Counted from the stretch's first letter, positions 46,510 through 56,279 are shown. The stretch: DNA of 64,000 nt from Gemmatimonadaceae bacterium (GCA_045803545.1 JBJMOW010000005.1:896001-960000); one strand, 5' to 3'. Notes: generated from the sequence alone by a model not told the origin. Numbers and translations: made by a program.

Positions 46510-46576
46510 AGCGGGAAGCGGGAAGCGGGAAGCGGGAGGCGGGAGGCGGGAAGCGGGAAGCGGGGAGCGGGCAGCG
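46510..46576. repeat. Heptamer tandem repeat (RGCGGGA) x9 plus partial copy
   Basis: AGCGGGA x4, GGCGGGA x2, AGCGGGA, AGCGGGG, AGCGGGC, AGCG. Confidence 0.95.
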
Positions 46577-46627
46577 CTTCTCACGGCTCGTAGTCCAACG
46601 CCTACCACCTCCCTCATCCCCATCCCC

Positions 46628-46662
46628 TTGCCAAAACTACCGTACCACTGTACTATTCTACT
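46628..46662 (+). promoter_or_regulatory. Sigma70-type promoter, probably leaderless transcript
   Basis: TTGCCA-17 nt-TACTAT-6 nt-ATG(46663); no SD. Confidence 0.7.
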
Positions 46663-47076
46663 ATGACTCTGTTTCTCAAGCCCAACCCGGCCTCCGGCGT
46701 TCCGATTTACCTCCAGCTCAAGGAGCAAATCCGGCACGCCTGCGAGACAGGAGCGCTCCGGCCCGGCGATTCGCTTCCGGGTATCCGCGCGCTGGCAGAA
46801 TCGATGGTGATCAACCCCAACACCGCAGCTCGTGTCTATCACGAGCTGGAGCAGGAAGGGTTGCTCGAGCTGCGGCATGGGGTCGGAGCATTCGTCGCGT
46901 CACGCGGCACGACGAGATGGACCGCTGCCCGCACCGGACAAATAAAGGCCGCTCAGAAAGCGGCCAAGTCATTCGTCAGCGAGCTGCGCCGTCGCGGCAT
47001 CGAGCCCGACGAAATCCGCAGACTGATCGAAGCAGAACTCGTGAGCGGCGATGGCAGAGTGCCGCTGGTCGGCTAA
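46663..47076 (+). CDS. GntR-family regulator (YtrA subfamily)
   Basis: PIYLQLKEQI, LPGIRALA...INPNTAARVYHELEQEG; short C-terminus; heads an ABC operon. Confidence 0.92.
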   Translation: MTLFLKPNPASGVPIYLQLKEQIRHACETGALRPGDSLPGIRALAESMVINPNTAARVYHELEQEGLLELRHGVGAFVASRGTTRWTAARTGQIKAAQKAAKSFVSELRRRGIEPDEIRRLIEAELVSGDGRVPLVG

Positions 47077-47079
47077 CCG

Positions 47080-47988
47080 ATGGAGCTAAATGTGAAGCAG
47101 TCCTACGCAATGGAGACCGACGCCCTCACCAAGTACTATGGCGATTTCGAGGCGGTGCGCGGCCTCACCATGCGCGTCCCCAAGGGAAGCATCACCGGCT
47201 TCCTCGGTCAGAACGGCGCCGGCAAGAGCTCCACTATTCGGATGCTCCTCGGAATGAGCCGGCCAACACGCGGCAACGGTCGCGTGCTCGACTTCGACAT
47301 CACCGACGAGCGGCAAAGCATCGAGATGCGGAAACGCGTCGCGTACGTCGGCGAGGACAAACGCCTCTACGATTACATGACCGTACGCCAGATGATCGAC
47401 TTCACCAAAGCCTTCTATCGCGGCTGGCGAAACGAGATCGAGCAGAAGCTGCTCGACGAGTTTCGGCTGCCCTTCGATCGATCGACCAAGAAATTATCCA
47501 AGGGCATGCGCACTCAGCTCGCCTTGCTGCTCGCCTTCGCCCGCGGCGCCGAGCTGATGGTGCTCGATGAGCCGACGGAAGGTCTCGATCCGGTGATGGC
47601 GGAGAAAGTTCTCGAGCTGGTAGTGGGCGCCGCAGCCGACGGCGCGACGATATTCTTCTCGTCGCACCAGATCGCCGAAGTCGAGCAGGTCGCCGACCGC
47701 ATTCTGTTGATCGACCGTGGGCAGCTGTTGCTGGAGACGACACTGGAGTCGATCTCCACAGACTTCCGTCGCATTCGAGGAGTCTACGAGTCAGCGCCCA
47801 AGCCAGCCTCACTCGCAATCGACGGTGTGACGCGCGTTGCCGTGGACGGCCGCGTTGTTTCGGTGATGGCTTCCCGCAACTCGGCGGGTATAGCGGAGCG
47901 AATGAGAGCGTCCGCCACTGCCGTGGAAGTGCTGCCGATGACACTCAAGGAGATCGTTCTCGAAAGCCTCAAGCGAGACCAGGCGTGA
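47080..47988 (+). CDS. ABC transporter ATP-binding protein
   Basis: GQNGAGKS, LSKGM, VLDEPTEGLDP, SSH. Confidence 0.95.
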   Translation: MELNVKQSYAMETDALTKYYGDFEAVRGLTMRVPKGSITGFLGQNGAGKSSTIRMLLGMSRPTRGNGRVLDFDITDERQSIEMRKRVAYVGEDKRLYDYMTVRQMIDFTKAFYRGWRNEIEQKLLDEFRLPFDRSTKKLSKGMRTQLALLLAFARGAELMVLDEPTEGLDPVMAEKVLELVVGAAADGATIFFSSHQIAEVEQVADRILLIDRGQLLLETTLESISTDFRRIRGVYESAPKPASLAIDGVTRVAVDGRVVSVMASRNSAGIAERMRASATAVEVLPMTLKEIVLESLKRDQA

Positions 47989-48776
47989 ACAAGGCGCTGG
48001 TCTACAAAACGTGGCTGGAGACACGTACGCGCTTCATCACCGCGATCATCGTCACCATTGCCGTCTGTGGATTCTTTACTCTCGCGCACAGCTGGATCGA
48101 GGGCACATGGCAACGAGACCTGATCGAGCATCCGGAATACGACAACCCGCCGTGGTTCCTGCGAGTGATGCGCGACTATCCGTTTTATCTCTACCACTAC
48201 GTCTACGCCGATTTCTTTCAGAAGATCTGGGTCTTCCTCGCCGTTCTGCTTGGGGTGGGCGGACTCACACGCGAGGCAGCGCATGGCAGCGCCGGATTCA
48301 CGCTTTCCCTTCCGGTTAGTCGCACAAGACTGTTCGGCGCGAGAGCGCTTGTCGCCGTTGCCGAACTTTTCGCGCTGACTATTCTGGCACTCGCCACGAT
48401 CATGGTGGGATCGTGGATCATGCGCCTTCCCTATCCGATCGATCACGGAGTCATACACCTCGCGACACTGTTTCTTGGCGGGCTCGTTTTCCTCGGCGCT
48501 TCGCTATGTCTCAGTGAATTCGTAGAAGGTGAAAACACGCCAGTCATCATCGCACTCGGTGGCATCGGGCTGCTGTATTTCCTGATGCAGCCCTACGTCG
48601 ACGGCGCCCCGCTCGATTGGTTCGCGGTTCCGTTTGCGATTCCGAAGCTCATGGCGGGCCCGGCAGATATCACCAACGTCAGTGACATCGCATGGATCGG
48701 CATGCTGGCCAGCCTCGCTGCAGCCGCGCTCTTCGCGACGGCGGCGATCCGGCGTACCCGGCGGAGCGATTACTGA
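47985..48776 (+). CDS. ABC-2 type permease
   Basis: About 6 TM; GSAGFTLSLPVSR motif. Confidence 0.85.
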   Translation: MNKALVYKTWLETRTRFITAIIVTIAVCGFFTLAHSWIEGTWQRDLIEHPEYDNPPWFLRVMRDYPFYLYHYVYADFFQKIWVFLAVLLGVGGLTREAAHGSAGFTLSLPVSRTRLFGARALVAVAELFALTILALATIMVGSWIMRLPYPIDHGVIHLATLFLGGLVFLGASLCLSEFVEGENTPVIIALGGIGLLYFLMQPYVDGAPLDWFAVPFAIPKLMAGPADITNVSDIAWIGMLASLAAAALFATAAIRRTRRSDY

Positions 48777-49531
48777 TGTCGGCAGGTACGAGGATGCTGT
48801 TCAGGAAGGCGTGGCTGGAGAGCAAAGCACGATTCACTGCCGCGGCGGTGGTGCTGGCGATTCTCGGTTTGTCGACCGTCCTTCGCGCGCCTGCCACAAT
48901 CGCCGGCTGGGAGAGCGTTCATCGCGGAGAGCAGATGTCGTATCCACTCTATGTGTGGCTCTCACTGCCTCACGGATTCCTGCAGTTCATCTGGATCATT
49001 GCCGCCGTACTACTCGGACTGGGCGGGCTCTTACGTGAGGACGCCGTCGGATCCAGCGGCTTTTCTCTATCGCTGCCGGTCAGTCGCCATCAACACGTTC
49101 TCACCCGCGCAGCTGTCGGCGCCGCTGAAGCGATCCTGCTCGGCTTCATTCCGCTGTTGATTGTCGCGATCCTGTCGCCGCTAATTCAACGGTCGTTTCC
49201 GTTGTCGCAAGCGCTGATGTTCGCGACGATGTTCGTGCTCGCCGGCCTCGTCTTCTTCGCGCTCGGATTTTTCCTGTCGCACCTGTTGCGCGGGGAGTAC
49301 AGTGCGCCGGCGGTGGCGCTCGCCGGGATCGCAGCGTTTTACATCCTCACCAGGCTGCCCCGCCTCGGATCGCTGAGCGTCTTCGACGCGATGGATGGCA
49401 AGAAGGTTCTCGTCGATCACACCTTCCTCCTCGGCAGCGAGTTCCCGCTCGTCACCATCGTGGTCAGTCTGGCGATTGCGACCTTTCTCATCGTGCTTTC
49501 AATCGCCAGAGCGAACGCGCGCGATTTCTAG
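48776..49531 (+). CDS. ABC-2 type permease (paralogue)
   Basis: About 6 TM; GSSGFSLSLPVSR; TGATG coupling with the upstream gene. Confidence 0.85.
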   Translation: MSAGTRMLFRKAWLESKARFTAAAVVLAILGLSTVLRAPATIAGWESVHRGEQMSYPLYVWLSLPHGFLQFIWIIAAVLLGLGGLLREDAVGSSGFSLSLPVSRHQHVLTRAAVGAAEAILLGFIPLLIVAILSPLIQRSFPLSQALMFATMFVLAGLVFFALGFFLSHLLRGEYSAPAVALAGIAAFYILTRLPRLGSLSVFDAMDGKKVLVDHTFLLGSEFPLVTIVVSLAIATFLIVLSIARANARDF

Positions 49532-49542
49532 CGTGCCGCGAC

Positions 49543-50004
49543 TTACTGGTGCGGCGTCTCCTGTACCTTGAACGTCGGCGTCACGAAGTCGGGCTCTTTG
49601 GCCGCGGAATCATCGGGCACAGGCATCGGCATCGCGATGCGGAAGATTCCACCGCCTAGATCCTGCGGCACCTGGAAGGAGTGCACCACTGTTTGGCCGG
49701 GATCGAGGAAGCCGAGTGCGATCGGACAGCCGTCCCTGGGCTCGCTGACTGTAGTCCAGGAGGCACCGCTCTGTTTCTGCAGTTTTGCTTTGCAGAAATT
49801 ATTGGGATAGAACAGCGCGACCTCACTCAGGTTGGCGATGGTGACGTTCACCGGCTCGCCCAGCTTGTAGGTCTCCTTCGGGAAGAACGCCGCGACGCGT
49901 TTGCCAGGGCCTGGATCGTAAGGTCGGAGACTCACGCACGCCGACACACCGATCGTGACTAACATCAAGAAGCCCAGGTTCGCCCGCAGCATTCCGCGCA
50001 TCAT
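49543..50004 (-). CDS. Lipoprotein with Ig-like domain
   Basis: Lipobox VSAC; YKLGEPVNVTIAN...LDPGQT...GIFRI. Confidence 0.7.
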   Translation of the reverse strand: MMRGMLRANLGFLMLVTIGVSACVSLRPYDPGPGKRVAAFFPKETYKLGEPVNVTIANLSEVALFYPNNFCKAKLQKQSGASWTTVSEPRDGCPIALGFLDPGQTVVHSFQVPQDLGGGIFRIAMPMPVPDDSAAKEPDFVTPTFKVQETPHQ

Positions 50005-50159
50005 TCCCTCTCGAAGTTTCCGAGAAGGTAGCTGAGCAATAAGGTTGCCGCGAGATTGCAGCGCTAATTCGCTGCGGCTTCGCTAGCTATTCGGGGAATT
50101 TTGAAGCAGTCGCGCCACACTCGTGGCGAATTGCGGCGATTCTAAGGCGGAACTACCAG

Positions 50160-52859
50160 CTACTTGTTGCCGTTCTGGTGGCCGTTCTTGCGATCGAGGA
50201 CCTCTCTCACTTTCCGCAGCAGCGCGTCCCCAGAGAATGGTTTCTGGAGGTAATCGACACCCGCCGACATCACGCCGTGCCGGACGATTGCATCGTCCGT
50301 GTAGCCCGACATGAACAGCACCTTGGAGTCTTTGCGGAGCGATGCGAACTCCTCACTCAGTTTGCGACCGCTCATCTCCGGCATCACAACGTCGGTGAGC
50401 AGCAGATGAATCCGCGCCGATCGCTTGCGCGCGATCTCCAGCGCCGTTCTCCCATTGGGTGCCTCGAGCACGGTGTAGCCCGCTTTCTCGAGTATGTGTC
50501 GGGCAGTCGTGCGCACGGCCGGTGAGTCTTCCGCCAACACGATTACTTCGGTACCATGGCGCACTTCGGGCAACAGTTGCAGCTCTCTCGTTGCCACATT
50601 CTCCTCAGCTAGGGGGAGGTAGATCTTGAAAGTTGTGCCCTTCCCGACCTCGCTGTAAACCCAGATGAAGCCGCCGCTCGATTTAACTGCACCGTAGACC
50701 ATTGCCAGTCCGAGCCCGGTACCCTTGCCGACTGCTTTGGTGGTATAGAACGGTTCGAATATTCGCGCCTGGGTCGCCTCGTCCATCCCGCTGCCGTTGT
50801 CGGTGACAGAAAGCACCGCGTAATGACCAGGTGTCACCGACCAGTGCGTCGTCGCATACGCTTCGTCGACGTCGGCTGTCTGGGACTCGATGGTGAGCTT
50901 GCCGCCCGACGGCATCGCGTCGCGCGCGTTCACCACCAGGTTGACGATCACCTGCTCGAGCTGAGACCGATCGATCTTCACGACCGGATTCGCCTTCGTC
51001 AGCACCGTCGTCAGCTCCATGTCCTCGCCGATCAAACGCTTTAGAATTTTCTCCGCGCTCGCCACAACGTCGTTCAATTCCAGCAGTCGGGGCTGGATCA
51101 TCTCCTGTCGGCTGAACGACAGCAGCTGCTGCGTCAGCGAGGCGGCGGCCACCGATGCCTGTTTGATCTGCTGCAGATCTTCGCGTTGCGAAGTGTTTTC
51201 CTTGACCTCGTCGAGCAGCAGGTCGGTGCAGCTCATGATAACGGTGAGGAGATTATTGAAGTCGTGCGCGATGCCGCCGGCGAGTCGGCCGACCGCGTCC
51301 ATCTTCTGCGCCTGGCGGAACTGCTCCTCGAGCGACCGCTTCTCCGTGACATCGCGGAAGGCGCTGATGCGACCTGGTCGTCCGTCGATGTTATGGATCT
51401 TGGTCATTCCCTCGAGAATCAGCTTGCGTCCGCTCTTGTGCTTGCCGACGAACTCGTACATCCCCTCGTCCTTCGTCTTCGCTCGCTGGTTCATCGCCGG
51501 CAGCGATTCGTCCGCGACGAAGTTGCTGACCGGGCGACCGATCACCTCATCGAGGTTGTAGCCAAAGATCTGAGCGAACCCGCGATTGGCTTCGCGCACG
51601 ACGTCATCGACCACGACATCGATGCCATCGAAGGAAGCCTCGGTGATTTTGCGATAGCGTGCTTCGCTTTCCTCGACGGCCGCCAGCTGATCCTGGAGCG
51701 CGTGCTGCGCGATGGCAACCCGATTGGCCATCATCTCAAAGGCACGACTGAGCTGCCCGAGCTCGTCGGTGCGAGGCATCTCGACTGGTCTGGAGTAGTC
51801 ACCTTCGGTGATTGCGATTGCCGCTTCACGCAGATCGCTCAGCGGTCTGGTGATGTTGCGACTCAGCCTCCAGAGACCAAACGCGCCGATCGCGAGCAGC
51901 ACAGCGGTGAAAATCGTTGCGTCACGCAGAAAAGCATCAGCGGGTGCCAGTACCTCGTGGCGCGGCAGCTCGACGAGCAACACCCACGGCGTGCCCTTGA
52001 TGGCTTGTTCCCGCCCGTATTTCTCGCCGCCGCCATTGCCCTTGCGGATGTATTCGGTGATTGCACCCGCCTTTGATGGAGCGTGCGGCGGGCCTGCGGT
52101 ATGCGTCCAGAAGTCCGACCACACATCGCGAATGTTGTTGGTCATGAAGACGCCGGATCCCTGGCCAATCAATTCCGCGATTGCGCGCGCGCCCCTTGGC
52201 GAGTCAGATAGCTTGCCGCGCTCGACTATGTAGCCCAGCAACCTTGTCGATTGTGTCACCGGCGCGATGACGACGAATACAGGAGTGTCGGCGACCAGGT
52301 GAACGCGTCCGACAATTCCGGAGTCTTGCGCTGGATTTATGCGCAGCAGCTCGCTCTTGATGTCGGGCGGAACGACGGATCGCGAAGGTGGCGACGAGAT
52401 TACCGTCTGGCCCCGGGCATCCCAGAGCTGGAGGTCGACAATCTGCTTGGATCTCGCTGTGATCGAATCGAGAGTGGCGGCCGCACGGGCATGGTTGGCC
52501 GAAGTACGCGCGAGCAGAAACGCGCCGAGCTCGGGTCGCTGGCCTTCGCGACGCAGCGCACCGCCCATGCGCGTGGCACTGGTCGCAAGCATATCGGCGA
52601 TCTGGTCAGTCGCGCGCTTCAGGCGTTCGTTGGCAGCGTTGACGGCAGAGCGTCGCACCTGGGCGTAGGCGAATCCCATCGCCGCAATGACAGCTGCAGC
52701 GAGCAGTGCGGTCATCGAGAGGGGCAGTCGCAATTGGATCGATTGGAACGTTGCGACGTGCGCGACTGCCGGCTCGATTTCTCGTTTCTGCGGCGCTCTG
52801 GCGAGGGCCGTTCTCGGAAGGATCGTGTTGCTCAAACGCGGTCCCGAAATAATCCCCAC
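50160..52859 (-). CDS. Hybrid sensor histidine kinase (periplasmic sensor-HAMP-PAS-HisKA-HATPase-REC)
   Basis: DELGQLSRAF, GGIAHDFNNLL, NLVVNARDAM, FEPFYTTK..GKGTGLGL, LLTDVVMP; start uncertain. Confidence 0.92.
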   Translation of the reverse strand: MGIISGPRLSNTILPRTALARAPQKREIEPAVAHVATFQSIQLRLPLSMTALLAAAVIAAMGFAYAQVRRSAVNAANERLKRATDQIADMLATSATRMGGALRREGQRPELGAFLLARTSANHARAAATLDSITARSKQIVDLQLWDARGQTVISSPPSRSVVPPDIKSELLRINPAQDSGIVGRVHLVADTPVFVVIAPVTQSTRLLGYIVERGKLSDSPRGARAIAELIGQGSGVFMTNNIRDVWSDFWTHTAGPPHAPSKAGAITEYIRKGNGGGEKYGREQAIKGTPWVLLVELPRHEVLAPADAFLRDATIFTAVLLAIGAFGLWRLSRNITRPLSDLREAAIAITEGDYSRPVEMPRTDELGQLSRAFEMMANRVAIAQHALQDQLAAVEESEARYRKITEASFDGIDVVVDDVVREANRGFAQIFGYNLDEVIGRPVSNFVADESLPAMNQRAKTKDEGMYEFVGKHKSGRKLILEGMTKIHNIDGRPGRISAFRDVTEKRSLEEQFRQAQKMDAVGRLAGGIAHDFNNLLTVIMSCTDLLLDEVKENTSQREDLQQIKQASVAAASLTQQLLSFSRQEMIQPRLLELNDVVASAEKILKRLIGEDMELTTVLTKANPVVKIDRSQLEQVIVNLVVNARDAMPSGGKLTIESQTADVDEAYATTHWSVTPGHYAVLSVTDNGSGMDEATQARIFEPFYTTKAVGKGTGLGLAMVYGAVKSSGGFIWVYSEVGKGTTFKIYLPLAEENVATRELQLLPEVRHGTEVIVLAEDSPAVRTTARHILEKAGYTVLEAPNGRTALEIARKRSARIHLLLTDVVMPEMSGRKLSEEFASLRKDSKVLFMSGYTDDAIVRHGVMSAGVDYLQKPFSGDALLRKVREVLDRKNGHQNGNK

Positions 52860-53068
52860 CCGTTTGGGGGTAAATGCGTATGCTGCTTTGGGTTACTGCA
52901 CGTGATAAGGTTCTTCGAAATGCAGACGCAAGGGTGGCCGGAGTCGCAACGAAAAGTGACACTGGATGTCGTTTTCTTATCACAGTAGTGTCGATTTCAT
53001 TTCACCTAATCAGGGTTTGTTTGTAGGCGAGGTTATGGTTCATTTACAGGAACAAATGAGCCCGGCTC

Positions 53069-53500
53069 ATGAAGCCCGAAAAACGCATGATTTATTTTGC
53101 CGGCTCGATTCGCGGAGGTCGCGACGACGCGGCGATCTACGCCGAATTGATCGAACGACTCAAGAAATTCGGTCGCGTATTGACCGAGCACATCGGCACA
53201 CCCAATCTCACCGCCGACGGTGAAGCAGCCCTGCCGCGCGCGATCCACGATCGCGATCTGGAATGGGTCCACGCGTCAGACGTCGTCGTCGCGGAAGTCA
53301 CGACCCCCAGCCTCGGCGTCGGTTACGAGATCGGCCGCGCGACTCAATGGCGGAAGCCGGTGCTCTGTCTATTCCGAACCGGTACTCAGCGGAGTCTGTC
53401 CGCTATGATCTCGGGCTGTCCGCAAGTGACAGTGCGCGAGTATGCGAAGGTCGACGACGTCGACCGAATATTGGAGGAATTTTTCGCCGGGCTGCGCTGA
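53069..53500 (+). CDS. Nucleoside 2-deoxyribosyltransferase family, RCL/DNPH1-like deoxynucleotide N-hydrolase
   Basis: IYFAGSIRGGR, VLTEH, IHDRDLEW, AEVTTPSLGVGYEIG, SLSAMI. Confidence 0.88.
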   Translation: MKPEKRMIYFAGSIRGGRDDAAIYAELIERLKKFGRVLTEHIGTPNLTADGEAALPRAIHDRDLEWVHASDVVVAEVTTPSLGVGYEIGRATQWRKPVLCLFRTGTQRSLSAMISGCPQVTVREYAKVDDVDRILEEFFAGLR

Positions 53501-54340
53501 TCAGGGATTGATCGTGAAAGAGTTGTCAGGCGTCCAGTAGCCGGCGAACGCACCGCGCGCGACGTAATCGCCGGGAAGCAGCTGGTTTCCGAACGGATAA
53601 TCGCCGATGACGAGATCGAAGACGTGTCGCTTCGTCTCCCCGGGTCCAAAAATCGTCTGCGACGGATCGATACCGAGCTCATCGAATGCGTTGGCGCCGT
53701 TCACCCCGTGCACGTCCACGGAAAAAGTCTGGTTGGCGGCACTCGCAGTCGAAGCGGGCGTGACAGTCATCCAGCGCGCTGTCTTGTTGCGAGTCAGCAC
53801 CGTGATCGAGAACCGTCCTTCGTCGATGTTGCGCGTTGGCGTGTGCGGCTCGATGTCGATCGTGACTTCGATCGAATCAACGGTCCCGTGAATCGGCGTT
53901 TGCGATGGCGTTGGGTAAGGACCGGCATCTGCGACGCAGGCGTCCTCGCAGGCAACGACGCCGGCGCACTTGCCGAGGAATTGATCGCGCGGATGACCGC
54001 CCTTCTGCCGCAGGGCGTGGAGCATCTCGTGCCGGACTGTTCCACCATCAAGCATGACCAGACTGTTGAGAACAATCTGATTGCTCCCCGGCACCCAGTA
54101 ACCCGCGATCACGTCACCGGTGTGGGTGTCGGTGACTTCTTCGCTCGTCTGGTACCAAGTGACCGCGGCCATCGAGCCGGTCAATCCGGAGCAGGCCTGG
54201 GTCATCTGCCACCACGTCGAATAGACCGGTGGCGGCGAGAATTGCTCTGCATCGTTCGGTAACCCCGGGCCCGCCGCATCGCTGCAAGCAAGAACGATCA
54301 ACTGCGCGGTTACAATCATCCCGATCGCGAACTGCTTCAA
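53501..54340 (-). CDS. Lipoprotein with HExxH zincin-like motif and C-terminal Ig-like domain
   Basis: Lipobox VLAC; VRHEMLHAL. Confidence 0.7.
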   Translation of the reverse strand: MKQFAIGMIVTAQLIVLACSDAAGPGLPNDAEQFSPPPVYSTWWQMTQACSGLTGSMAAVTWYQTSEEVTDTHTGDVIAGYWVPGSNQIVLNSLVMLDGGTVRHEMLHALRQKGGHPRDQFLGKCAGVVACEDACVADAGPYPTPSQTPIHGTVDSIEVTIDIEPHTPTRNIDEGRFSITVLTRNKTARWMTVTPASTASAANQTFSVDVHGVNGANAFDELGIDPSQTIFGPGETKRHVFDLVIGDYPFGNQLLPGDYVARGAFAGYWTPDNSFTINP

Positions 54341-54873
54341 ATCGCTCTCTCCATTCGCACCAGCGGTACATCGACATCGACCGGCAGCCGCACGCTCGTT
54401 CTTTCGACCGGCTCAAATCCGAGCGCGGAGTACAGGGGCACGCCCGGTAACGTCGCCATTAGCTCCATGCGATGGAAACCCGCCACTCGCGCCGCGCTCT
54501 CACACTCGGCGTACAGCTGCCTGCCGAGTCCACGGCGCGCAAAGTGTGGATGTACGAAGAACGCGCGGATGCGCGCCGCATCGCTCGCCGGATTCAATCG
54601 CGTATCCTCGCCCGACTTCGACTGATCACCACCGTAAAGTGTGCGGCGGAAACTCCATCCACCAGCCGCAACGGGCTCGTGGGGGCCCTCCTCGTCGGTG
54701 ATCAGATAGTAAGTACCGTCGTCGATTAGCTGGGTGTCCACGCCGAAGACGTGCACGATCAGCGCTTCGATCTGCTCGCGCGAGTAGAAGCCGGCACTAA
54801 GCTCACGCGCCGACGCAGCGATCAGCGCATTGAGTGGCTGCACGTCGGACACAATCGCGACGCGCAGCTTCAA
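54337..54873 (-). CDS. GNAT N-acetyltransferase
   Basis: AARIRAFFVHPHFARRGLG, MATLPGVPLY; TTG start at 54873. Confidence 0.88.
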   Translation of the reverse strand: MKLRVAIVSDVQPLNALIAASARELSAGFYSREQIEALIVHVFGVDTQLIDDGTYYLITDEEGPHEPVAAGGWSFRRTLYGGDQSKSGEDTRLNPASDAARIRAFFVHPHFARRGLGRQLYAECESAARVAGFHRMELMATLPGVPLYSALGFEPVERTSVRLPVDVDVPLVRMERAI

Positions 54874-54877
54874 CGCC

Positions 54878-55669
54878 TTACTTCCCGCTGAACCAGTGCG
54901 GCGTGTTGCTCCACTTCTCGGCGATGAAGAAATCGGGAGCCAGCGGTACGTTGCCCTTCCAGTCGCTGTAGTCCTCGGCCTGGCGTACAATACCGCCTTC
55001 CATGATCGCGACGTGGGTCGCCAGCCAGCCACCGCCGACCGGCACGTACTTCTCGAGCCTGATGTCGTTCGGCTTGGCGTCGGGCGCCGGATTGAGCTTG
55101 ACCAGGAAACGAACCGGCTGCAGACGCTCGCGCTCGATCCAGAATTGCGGCGAGTCGAGGTCGGCGGGCGAATTCGCGCCGACTACGTACACCGGTGCAC
55201 CTTGCCATGAGTCTTCGCGAATCTTCGACAGGTCGAACTTCCACGACGCAAGCTGCCGCAGCGTGCTGTCGACCGGTTGATCGTAGACACCGGCGACAAA
55301 TGGCAGGAACGGATTCCCCGACCCGACTGTTCGCGCGACTTTGCCGGCGCGGACCACATAGAGCGAATCGGTCGTGTACAGCGCGCCGTTGCCCTTCGAT
55401 GGGTCGCCGAAATCGATGCGCAACCGGTCTGGCGATCTGAGCGCTTCGTACCAGGTCGTCGTATCGACAACTCCATTGGGCCGCGCTACAATCGTGCGCT
55501 GCACGAATGTCACCGTGCTCGGCCATTTGCCTGCGTAAGCGTCGTGCATACGCGTGAGCAGCTCGACTCCGTTCGCCGGTGGAGTGCGATTGATATTCGA
55601 CTGTGACGCGGTGCAGGCGCGCAGCATCACCGCCGCCGTCGGAATCCAGAGTCGGACATTTACTTTCAT
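54878..55669 (-). CDS. Secreted hypothetical protein (LolA-like open beta fold, tentative)
   Basis: Signal-like N-terminus; TWYEA...RLRIDFG, QFWIERERL. Confidence 0.7.
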   Translation of the reverse strand: MKVNVRLWIPTAAVMLRACTASQSNINRTPPANGVELLTRMHDAYAGKWPSTVTFVQRTIVARPNGVVDTTTWYEALRSPDRLRIDFGDPSKGNGALYTTDSLYVVRAGKVARTVGSGNPFLPFVAGVYDQPVDSTLRQLASWKFDLSKIREDSWQGAPVYVVGANSPADLDSPQFWIERERLQPVRFLVKLNPAPDAKPNDIRLEKYVPVGGGWLATHVAIMEGGIVRQAEDYSDWKGNVPLAPDFFIAEKWSNTPHWFSGK

Positions 55670-55727
55670 TGATTCGCGAGCCTCGGTGACTAAAATCATA
55701 GGCTGATTTGATGCGAGGTTAATAGCT

Positions 55728-56279
55728 ACGGAACTGGTCTGGCCGCAACAGGAATACCTGGCAAGCTACGCCGACGCGCTGCGTCGCGGCTGGTCACCCG
55801 ACAATCTCCGTCTGGAAGTGAAGGACGACGAGTTGGCGGCGATCGAGCGCGACGCTGCGCTTTTTCTCGCGCGCAAAGTCGACCGGGAAGCTGCGGGTCC
55901 GCCGATCATTTTACCCGACGGGACCGTTATTCCGCGTCTGCCGGGCTACAACAGGTGGATGTGGGACGGCGAGTTCTGCGGCTCGATCGGTTTTCGCTGG
56001 AAGCCCGGAACCGACGACCTCCCGCCGTACGTGCTCGGTCACATTGGATTCTCGGTGGTGCCGTGGAAGCGCCGTCGAGGCTACGCGACCCGCGCTCTCG
56101 CCACGCTGCTGCCGGAATGCAGGAACGAAGGTCTCCACTACGTCGAGCTCACAACTGACGAGACCAACATTGCATCCCAGCACGTTATAATCGCCAATGG
56201 CGGGAAGCTGCACGAGCGATTCGTAAAGCCGCCGCAGTACGGCGGCGCACCCAGCCTGCGTTTTCGCATTTATCTCTGA
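55728..56279 (+). CDS. GNAT N-acetyltransferase (probable ACG start)
   Basis: GHIGFSVVPWKRRRGYAT, NIASQHVIIANGG; N-terminal ELVWP...RGWSPDNLR lies upstream of the first GTG (55818). Confidence 0.85.
   Translation, partial: TELVWPQQEYLASYADALRRGWSPDNLRLEVKDDELAAIERDAALFLARKVDREAAGPPIILPDGTVIPRLPGYNRWMWDGEFCGSIGFRWKPGTDDLPPYVLGHIGFSVVPWKRRRGYATRALATLLPECRNEGLHYVELTTDETNIASQHVIIANGGKLHERFVKPPQYGGAPSLRFRIYL

Noticed and set aside
46510..46576. CRISPR array
   Set aside because: 7-nt tandem units with no spacers and no cas genes in the window
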